NCBI GenBank assembly: GCA_964604995.1
Contig: CAZSAD010000019.1
Span: 1-33,263 of the forward strand
Length of the DNA stretch: 33,263 nt
DNA from: an uncultured Methanosarcinales archaeon
Lineage (GTDB): Archaea; Nanobdellota; Nanobdellia; Woesearchaeales; JABMPP01
Reading direction: 5' to 3'
Made by a program: the position numbers and the translations under genes. The stretch's first letter is position 1; every line of letters starts with the position of its first letter. The notes under the pieces are model-generated. The model saw only the letters and a program-made list of their open reading frames with translations. It did no database searches and was not told where the DNA came from. Positions 10,755 to 17,611 of this stretch are shown here, in pieces.

Positions 10755-11306
10755 TTAGAATTTATTAAATCCTATCATCTCGCTACTTTTGAGCTCTTTT
10801 CTCTTCTGTTCTAACCATCTATAAACATTGGCATGTGGTGAGCCTTCAAGCAATGATTCGACTGCTTTTCTTACAAGGGCCATATTTTCAGCTTGACCTA
10901 TGATTGCTATTGTTTTACCATAAACTGAAATATATGTTTCAGTTAATTCTTCAATTGTTCTTCTAGACTTACCGCCTGCACCAATAACTCTTCCTTTTAA
11001 TCTTAAAACATGTTTTGGTGTTGATGCGTAATCTTGAATTTCTATTAATTCAAATAAATAGTCTTGTTGTAATAATAAAAATGCAAGTTCGGGATTAAAA
11101 CCACGTCCAATTGCTTTGATTATTTCCCGTACATTAAATAATGTAACACCATCTTCGCCACTGACAAAAACATCACCTTCTTCACTATCCACTCTTATTT
11201 TAGTTTTAGTATTTTCTTCTAGCTGTTTTTTAACTTCGCCATTCTTACCTATTAAAACTGCAACCCTTTCTTTTGGGATTTTTAGTTCATAAGAGTATTC
11301 TGTCAT
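10755..11306 (-). CDS. dim2: KH-domain pre-rRNA processing protein Dim2/Pno1
   Basis: IPKERVAVLIGKNG, AIGRGFNPE, KGRVIGAGGKSRRTIEELT, GSPHANVY. Confidence 0.93.
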   Translation of the reverse strand: MTEYSYELKIPKERVAVLIGKNGEVKKQLEENTKTKIRVDSEEGDVFVSGEDGVTLFNVREIIKAIGRGFNPELAFLLLQQDYLFELIEIQDYASTPKHVLRLKGRVIGAGGKSRRTIEELTETYISVYGKTIAIIGQAENMALVRKAVESLLEGSPHANVYRWLEQKRKELKSSEMIGFNKF

Positions 11307-11432
11307 GGTACTTTGGAAAGAGTGTTGTTTTTTAAAGCTTTGTCGGATAATAAGAGTAACAGATATTATAAATTTGAGATTAGTTTGATATTTATTGAGT
11401 ATTTATTTGGTATTTTGTTGAGCAGTAGAGAT

Positions 11433-12146
11433 TTATTCTGCTAATATTTTTTTTCTGACATCATCATAATTTGTTTTTACCCCTTGCTTTGAGAAAAATC
11501 TGGCAATATTTTTGATATCTCTATCAAATAATTCAACAGCATTTGAACTTTTTACTGAAGAGGATTGTGACATGTCTATTATTACTGGAATCTCGTCGTG
11601 ATTTAATATATTATACTCCGAAAGATCACCGTGAACTAAACCTGCTTTGAAGAGTTTTCTTACATTTTCAATAGTTAAATCGAAAAATTCGTTTGGATCA
11701 GCAGGCATTTTTTGTTTTAATTTCATTTCCGCTTCGCCAGTTTCATTATTCCCTATAAATTCTAAAACTAAAACATTATTTAATCTTGTTATAGGTGTTG
11801 GAACATTTACTCCTGCTTCTCTTGCATTCATAAGATTCCTATATTCTCTTTGTGTCCAGGTAAAAACAATATTGCGTTTGCCTTTTTTTATTTTTGGATA
11901 CCTTACATCATATTTTAAATAATCATACATCCTATTAAAATCGCAAGCTTCTAGTCTGTAAATTTTTATTGCAACATAACCATTTTCAGTTTTCCCACTA
12001 AAAATATTAGCTTCTTTACCTATAGAAACTGGACTCTCAATGCCTTGAAAATGCTTTTGTCCAATTAATTTTTTTAGAGTGTTAATTGTAAATTCATCAA
12101 AAACATTACCATATGTCTTCCATTTTTCTTTTGATTTATTAGGCAT
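11433..12146 (-). CDS. rio1: RIO1-family serine kinase/ATPase
   Basis: SIGKEANIF, VAIKIY, WTQREYRNL, LVHGDLSEYNIL, IIDMSQS; adjacent to dim2. Confidence 0.94.
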   Translation of the reverse strand: MPNKSKEKWKTYGNVFDEFTINTLKKLIGQKHFQGIESPVSIGKEANIFSGKTENGYVAIKIYRLEACDFNRMYDYLKYDVRYPKIKKGKRNIVFTWTQREYRNLMNAREAGVNVPTPITRLNNVLVLEFIGNNETGEAEMKLKQKMPADPNEFFDLTIENVRKLFKAGLVHGDLSEYNILNHDEIPVIIDMSQSSSVKSSNAVELFDRDIKNIARFFSKQGVKTNYDDVRKKILAE

Positions 12147-12232
12147 AATTAGACTAGAAGGATTGGTAATATAAAAATTACATCGAATTACATCGAAAAA
12201 TTAATATAGTAATTTTATTATGAAAGATTAAT

Positions 12233-12319
12233 ATGGCAAAACCACTAAGTAATGAGGAAGTAGAACAGGAATGGAGAGAGTATATTAAGAATAGAAGAAA
12301 GAAGGTTGAAGATAAATAA
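12233..12319 (+). CDS. Putative 28-aa small protein MAKPLSNEEVEQEWREYIKNRRKKVEDK
   Basis: Open ATG..TAA with purine-rich, coding-like composition. TTAATATA at 12201-12208 lies 24 nt upstream, the same spacing as for neighbouring genes. Confidence 0.4.
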   Translation: MAKPLSNEEVEQEWREYIKNRRKKVEDK

Positions 12320-12399
12320 TAAGTTAAAAATAAGTGATTCTTAATTTAATGTTAAAAACTATCAAAAATAATAAATAAGATAGAATTAATGATTTTTAC

Positions 12400-12927
12400 A
12401 TGAGTAATTTAGATAAGTTGGATAAAAAAATTCTAAAGAAACACATTATAAAAGGAGAATTACTTGAATTATTACCTGGAAATCATGAGAAAAGTTACGA
12501 TAATTGTGATTCAATTAACTTTTTTTATACAATTTTAAAAAACAAAATATGGGCAATAGGTTATAAAAAATTTAATTGTCAACATATAAAATATATAAAT
12601 AAAAAAATCCCATATTATCCGAGACTTGCTTTAGATAAAAAAATTAATAATTTCAAACAATTTGATTATATATTTATTCAAGAACCAAAATGGTTATGGT
12701 ATGTTGAGTTCTCCATAGTTGTTAGAAGCCATAAAGATATTGCACCATATAAAATAATACCAAAACATGTAATAAAATTTGTGCACAATCATTTAAAATT
12801 GAATGGAAAATTTATTGTTTGCCAATCTCCAAAAAAAGCATCAAGGTATTTGCATAAATACTTGTGTCAATATGGGAAGTATTCTTTAATTTTTGATAAG
12901 AAATTAGCAATAATAACAAAAAGATAG
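12400..12927 (+). CDS. Hypothetical protein, possibly a divergent class I SAM-methyltransferase fold
   Basis: GELLELLPG (motif I-like), QFDYIFI and HNHLKLNGKFIV (LKPGG-like), in the expected order. Confidence 0.45.
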   Translation: MSNLDKLDKKILKKHIIKGELLELLPGNHEKSYDNCDSINFFYTILKNKIWAIGYKKFNCQHIKYINKKIPYYPRLALDKKINNFKQFDYIFIQEPKWLWYVEFSIVVRSHKDIAPYKIIPKHVIKFVHNHLKLNGKFIVCQSPKKASRYLHKYLCQYGKYSLIFDKKLAIITKR

Positions 12928-13023
12928 GAGAAGATTATTTATCAATTTGAATATGAAATTCTAAAAAAGGAAGTAATAATATAGAATATTTTTATAAAGA
13001 TAGAATTTAACTGATAAAATATT

Positions 13024-13097
13024 GGGCTCGTGGTCTAGTTGGTTATGATGCCGCCTTCACACGGCGGAGGTCCCCAGTTCGAATCTGGGCGGGCCCA
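13024..13097 (+). tRNA. tRNA-Val(CAC), no intron, CCA not encoded
   Basis: Acceptor GGGCTCG/CGGGCCC-A, anticodon arm CCGCC-TTCACAC-GGCGG, T arm CCCAG-TTCGAAT-CTGGG. TATA TTTATAAA at 12991-12998. Confidence 0.96.
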
Positions 13098-13143
13098 TTT
13101 AATCTCACTAATCTTTAAATATCCCTTATCTTTCTTCTATTCT

Positions 13144-14067
13144 ATGACAAATGAAATTTATGATATGTTAATTGTTGGATCGGGTATTGTAGGTTATGGA
13201 ACTGCAGTTTATGCTGGAAGATTTAATATGAAAACTGTTATTATAGGTGAAGTTCCAGGTGGAGTTATTACAACAACTGATGTTGTTGAAAACTATCCAG
13301 GATTTAAGAAATTATCAGGATTTGAACTTGCTGAAAAAGTTAAAGAGCATGCACAAGATTATAACACAACAATTATTTCTGATAAAGTAATTGAAATTAA
13401 AAAAAATGGAAAAATTTTCGAAGCATTAACTTTAAGCAATGAAAAATATTTTGGAAAAGCAGTTGTCTTTGCAACAGGAACAGAATGGAGAAAATTAAAA
13501 GTTCCAGGTGAAGCAGAGTATTTTAACAAAGGAGTTCATTATTGCGCACTTTGTGACGGAGCATTCTACAGAAATAAAATTGCAGCAGTTATTGGTGGTG
13601 CTGATTCTGCAGCTAAAGATGCGCTTGTTTTGGCACAATTTTGCAGCAAAGTTTACATTATTTACAGAGGAGATAAAATAAAAGCTGAGCCTGTTAATTA
13701 CGATAGATTAGTTGCTAATAAAAAAATTGAGATTATTTATAATACGAATATTTTGGAAATAAAAGGCGAGAAATTTGTTAGTAGTGTAATTTTAGATAAA
13801 GAGTATAATGGTAAAAAAGAATTAGAACTTAATTCAGTATTTGTCGCAATTGGACATATTGCATTATCTGACATTGCAGTAAAATTAGGTGTAAAAGTTG
13901 ATTCTCATGGAGAAATTATTGTTGATTCAGATGCAAAAACAAATTTAGAAGGAGTATATGCTGCTGGTGATGTCACAAATTTAAAATTCAAACAAGCGAT
14001 AACTGGTGTTGCACAAGGAGTTAATGCTGCTTATTCTGCTTATGAATATTTAGAACAAAATAGATAA
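13144..14067 (+). CDS. trxB: Thioredoxin reductase-family FAD-dependent disulfide oxidoreductase
   Basis: IVGSGIVG, VENYPG, ATG, GVHYCALCDG (CxxC), VIGGADSA, GVYAAGD. Start set at ATG 13144 because the longer ORF runs through the tRNA; TTTAAATA at 13114-13121. Confidence 0.9.
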   Translation: MTNEIYDMLIVGSGIVGYGTAVYAGRFNMKTVIIGEVPGGVITTTDVVENYPGFKKLSGFELAEKVKEHAQDYNTTIISDKVIEIKKNGKIFEALTLSNEKYFGKAVVFATGTEWRKLKVPGEAEYFNKGVHYCALCDGAFYRNKIAAVIGGADSAAKDALVLAQFCSKVYIIYRGDKIKAEPVNYDRLVANKKIEIIYNTNILEIKGEKFVSSVILDKEYNGKKELELNSVFVAIGHIALSDIAVKLGVKVDSHGEIIVDSDAKTNLEGVYAAGDVTNLKFKQAITGVAQGVNAAYSAYEYLEQNR

Positions 14068-14140
14068 TTAAGAAATAATCAGAAATTAGAATTTTTAGTA
14101 TTTTTTGTTGTTTATCGTTATTTTTATTGAAGTGATTGAT

Positions 14141-14641
14141 TCATCTAATTTCTTTTAAAGTATTTGTACATTCATCTATGCTTTTAAGTTCTGATAATAT
14201 AGAATAGTTTCTAGTTGTATGAAGCAGTGCATATGTAGCTATCACATCAAATAGTTTAGGAGCAGTAACTTCAATAATTTTTAGAGTGTATTCAATTGCG
14301 TGTTTTATTTCTTCTGGACCAGAATTTGATATTAACTGGTTTAAAGAATGATAATTTATATCAAATTGTGTACTAGCTAAACTAGTGATAAATGCTGTTG
14401 TAAAAACTGCTAAACTTTTATTTAGTTTTGGAAAATAGTCAAATGCAAGAGAACTTGTTTTATTTTTTATAGTGTCATTTAGATAATTTGTGTTTACTAA
14501 AGAATCAATATAATTACAATTTTCTTTGTTATTGACTATTACATTAAACAATGCATCATATGTAATGTTAAGATCTTTAACTTCTATAGGATACAAGTAT
14601 TCTTGAAAATGACTACTAATTTTGTCAAAAAAGTTCCCCAT
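14141..14641 (-). CDS. Hypothetical protein
   Basis: 166-aa ORF filling an otherwise empty gap; two weakly hydrophobic stretches and no recognised motif. Confidence 0.6.
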   Translation of the reverse strand: MGNFFDKISSHFQEYLYPIEVKDLNITYDALFNVIVNNKENCNYIDSLVNTNYLNDTIKNKTSSLAFDYFPKLNKSLAVFTTAFITSLASTQFDINYHSLNQLISNSGPEEIKHAIEYTLKIIEVTAPKLFDVIATYALLHTTRNYSILSELKSIDECTNTLKEIR

Positions 14642-14813
14642 TTAGAAGGGAAAAAAGCAATCAAAAATAAATCTTTGCAAAATATTGTGAGATATTACAA
14701 CATTAAAGATTTACATGCATTTCCCTAACTTTATTTTCTAATTCAGCTGTAAAATTTTTGATGATATCTTTTTTAGAATCATTTTTATAAATAAACATTG
14801 ATTAATCATTATA

Positions 14814-15263
14814 ATGACAAAAATAAGAAAATTTGTGAATAAAGATGCAAAGAAAGTTTCTTTTTTGATAAGAAAAAATCTTTTGGAAGTTAATAGTAAA
14901 TATTATCCAAAAACTGTTATCAATTTTATGCAAAAATATTTTACACCTAAAAAAATTATTGAAGATTCTAAAAGAAGAAGAACATTTGTTGCTTTGCAAA
15001 ATAAGAGTATTGTTGGAACACTAAGTTTTGATAAAAAAGGAGTTCATGCTGTTTTTGTAAATCCTAAATACCACAATAAAGGAATTGGAAAATTGCTTAT
15101 GAACTATATCGAGAATGCTGCTAGAAAAAAAGGATATAAAACTATTAAATTAGCTTCGAGTAAAAATGCAGTTGGATTCTATCAAAAATTAGGTTATGTA
15201 AAAGTAAAACAGCTTTATTCTAAAGAGTGGGGAGATAATACTTTAATGAAAAAGAAATTATGA
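14814..15263 (+). CDS. GNAT-family N-acetyltransferase
   Basis: Motif A VFVNPKYHNKGIGKLLM and motif B NAVGFYQKLGY. TTTATAAA at 14784-14791. Confidence 0.92.
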   Translation: MTKIRKFVNKDAKKVSFLIRKNLLEVNSKYYPKTVINFMQKYFTPKKIIEDSKRRRTFVALQNKSIVGTLSFDKKGVHAVFVNPKYHNKGIGKLLMNYIENAARKKGYKTIKLASSKNAVGFYQKLGYVKVKQLYSKEWGDNTLMKKKL

Positions 15264-15291
15264 TAAAACTATGACATTAAATTTTAAAGTT

Positions 15292-16650
15292 CTAAGCGAC
15301 TTTTAATCCATGATATAATCTTGTTTGGTTGATACTTGTTGCAAATGAATTTGTATACTTTTCAGCTTTGTTGGTTGGAATTTTTTTTGGTATAACTAGC
15401 GTGAATATAGGACCACCATTCTCAAAGCTTTCACCGTAAAGAATTTTTCCACCTAAGTCATCTACTAAATGTTTAACCCCATAAAGCCCCATACCTGATG
15501 AAAAATCATCATTGTTATCAAAACCTGTCATTCTTGCCATGAATGCAATGTTAGTTATATCCTCAACATTTAATTGTGTAACTTTATAATCTGATTTTTT
15601 CCAATTGGAATATCTATTTTTCATTTTACTAGAAGAAAAATGTATATTGTCAATACCCTTGTCATTTATTTCATTTCTTATTAAGTCTTTCATGATGTTA
15701 AGATCTATTGGTTTACCTGTATCGCCAATAGTAATAACATAGTTAGAAAATGGTGCTTGATATATTTGAATAAATAGTTTGTATGATTGATTTTTTTCTC
15801 CTTCAACTTTTTTATAAGAATTTTTAGCAAGATTATAGATAGAAGAAAAGATAACTCCTGAATTTCCTAATAGTTCAAAATCTTCACAATCAAGAACTAT
15901 TTCATTTCTTTTAGAATTAGAGATATTTCCTTGTGTAATTCCCCAATCTTGTTGATGATGTCTATTTTTAAGTATCATTGCAACTCTTTTAGCAAGTTCA
16001 GCTGGTTTAAAATTTGTTTGTGGTATTGGTTCACCAAGTTTGTTATTTACTAAGAATTGTACCATCTTAACTGACTCCATAAAATTTCCAAAATAATTTT
16101 CTGGATTTTTATTGTAATCTTCAAGAAACTGTTGGATACTTGGCCTTTCATAACGCATTCTAGTTTCACTTTCTATGGAGCGTGGATAAAAAATATCCCA
16201 AAACTGTCTTGACATATCGCAAGATAGATGTTCAATATCATGAATAAAAAAACCATACAATTCCCCATTACCAAAAGCTGTTTCTATTCCCTCTTGAAGT
16301 TTAAAAAAAGAATCCCAATTTCTAATTTTATTTTGAGCTAAATTTAGATTAACATGAAATTTTTCTCCAATACTTTTACCCATTACTTCGTTAAATGTAT
16401 CAATTGATTCCCCTTGTAAAATATGTGGTTGCTTGGTTTCTTTATCTTTCCAATATACATCGTCACCTTTTATTGCTTTTTCAGCATCAAATTTAGTAAG
16501 AAATTCATCCCAAAGAGAAAAAACTAAAGGTATGTCAACTTTGGGAAACTCATTGTATAAATATCGCCTTTTTTCATAATCTGAAATATAAGTATCAATT
16601 GTTACCTTTAAATTTTGAAATGCTAATTTATTTTGCCTTTGATCTTTCAT
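15292..16650 (-). CDS. Soluble histidine-kinase-like protein with a C-terminal GHKL (HATPase_c) domain
   Basis: Possible H-box FIHDIEH (H137), N-box IYNLAKNS, G1 ITIGDTG, G2 SGMGLYGVKHLVDDLGGKI and terminal GGPIFTLVIP. No TM segment. Confidence 0.7.
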   Translation of the reverse strand: MKDQRQNKLAFQNLKVTIDTYISDYEKRRYLYNEFPKVDIPLVFSLWDEFLTKFDAEKAIKGDDVYWKDKETKQPHILQGESIDTFNEVMGKSIGEKFHVNLNLAQNKIRNWDSFFKLQEGIETAFGNGELYGFFIHDIEHLSCDMSRQFWDIFYPRSIESETRMRYERPSIQQFLEDYNKNPENYFGNFMESVKMVQFLVNNKLGEPIPQTNFKPAELAKRVAMILKNRHHQQDWGITQGNISNSKRNEIVLDCEDFELLGNSGVIFSSIYNLAKNSYKKVEGEKNQSYKLFIQIYQAPFSNYVITIGDTGKPIDLNIMKDLIRNEINDKGIDNIHFSSSKMKNRYSNWKKSDYKVTQLNVEDITNIAFMARMTGFDNNDDFSSGMGLYGVKHLVDDLGGKILYGESFENGGPIFTLVIPKKIPTNKAEKYTNSFATSINQTRLYHGLKVA

Positions 16651-16717
16651 TAGTTGATGTGAATTAGATTAGTTTAAAAAGATTTACTTTTTGTCATTAC
16701 TTATAAGTAATAAAGAA

Positions 16718-16789
16718 AGCCCCTGGAGGGATTTGAACCCTCGACCCCCTGTTTACGAAACAGGTGCTCTTCGACTGAGCTACAAGGGC
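16718..16789 (-). tRNA. tRNA-Thr(CGT), no intron, CCA not encoded
   Basis: Minus strand: GCCCTTG TA GCTC AGTCGAA GAGC A CCTGT TTCGTAA ACAGG GGGTC GAGGG TTCAAAT CCCTC CAGGGGC T. Confidence 0.92.
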
Positions 16790-16877
16790 AAAATTTGCCT
16801 ATGATTTTTCTGTTTTTGCTTATTTATATCAAAATAAAGTAAATATAAAAATTAATTGAAAAAATGAAATACAGAAT

Positions 16878-17036
16878 TTATAACGTCGTTAATATTTTTT
16901 TCTTATCATTATTAAATTTATTTTGACATGATGGACAAATAAGATGTTTTTTTCCATTACTATCTTTAATATAAGTACCTACAATTTTTTTTAGGAATGT
17001 TTCTTCGATTGGATTTTTGCACACATCGCATTTCAT
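16878..17036 (-). CDS. Small zinc-finger-like protein (52 aa, CxxC...CxxC)
   Basis: MKCDVC...HLICPSCQ. CTTAAATA (minus strand, 17059-17066) lies 22 nt upstream of the ATG at 17036, favouring this start over 17075. Confidence 0.75.
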   Translation of the reverse strand: MKCDVCKNPIEETFLKKIVGTYIKDSNGKKHLICPSCQNKFNNDKKKILTTL

Positions 17037-17142
17037 ATGTTTAGGATTGGACTGTAAGTATTTAAGTTTTGGCAAGATTTTTTGATAGGATTAGATAATA
17101 GGATTGATAAGATTATTAAAACATGAAAGATTTCTTTATATT

Positions 17143-17445
17143 ATGAACAGAAAACATTATCAAGCGATGCAATATATATTTATCATTGTTTTTATAGCAT
17201 TTTTTATTTATGTAGTTTCATGGAGATGCGAACCAACACTTATGGGCACAGTTCTTTGTGGACCAAAAGTAATTGCACTTGGCTTTTGGTTTATTGCAAG
17301 CTTAGTTTTATTAAAAATAGTACATAAAAAAATGAAAAAAAGTACTGACACAAAAGAAGCTGCACTTTTTTGGCTAATAAATACAATTATATTATCACTT
17401 TATGCTGCAGCATTTTTTATATTATTTGTTATGAATTATGTCTAA
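17143..17445 (+). CDS. Small integral membrane protein (about 3 TM helices)
   Basis: Three hydrophobic segments and a Cys pair in the first loop (WRCEPTLMGTVLCGP). ATG at 17143 preferred to TTG at 17104. Confidence 0.7.
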   Translation: MNRKHYQAMQYIFIIVFIAFFIYVVSWRCEPTLMGTVLCGPKVIALGFWFIASLVLLKIVHKKMKKSTDTKEAALFWLINTIILSLYAAAFFILFVMNYV

Positions 17446-17577
17446 TATCTAAAATTTGAAAAAATTTGAAGTTTTTTTGAATTTTTCACAAATTGATTCT
17501 ACTGAGAGATAATAAAGTCTTACAGCAATCTTTATAAACCCCCTATTATTCCCATGAACATACGTATTTAAACGGGT

Positions 17578-17593
17578 CGAAAAGGTTTAAGTA
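17578..17593 (+). promoter_or_regulatory. BRE + TATA promoter of the ribosomal protein operon
   Basis: CGAAAAGG-TTTAAGTA matches a strong archaeal BRE/TATA arrangement. A second TTTATAAA lies at 17531-17538. Confidence 0.6.
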
Positions 17594-17611
17594 TTGATAG
17601 TACACCCAAAT

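Noticed and set aside
1261..13097. Functional link between valS and tRNA-Val(CAC)
   Set aside because: They are 9 kb apart on opposite strands with unrelated genes in between, and there is no T-box-like leader; probably coincidental.
13039..13143. 35-aa N-terminal extension of TrxR in the ORF track
   Set aside because: It is a read-through of the tRNA-Val gene from a TTG. A TATA box at 13114 supports ATG 13144.
13098..16717. Intact integrated mobile element or defence island
   Set aside because: No integrase, transposase, att duplication or recognisable defence domain. The GHKL protein looks kinase-like rather than MORC/MutL-like.
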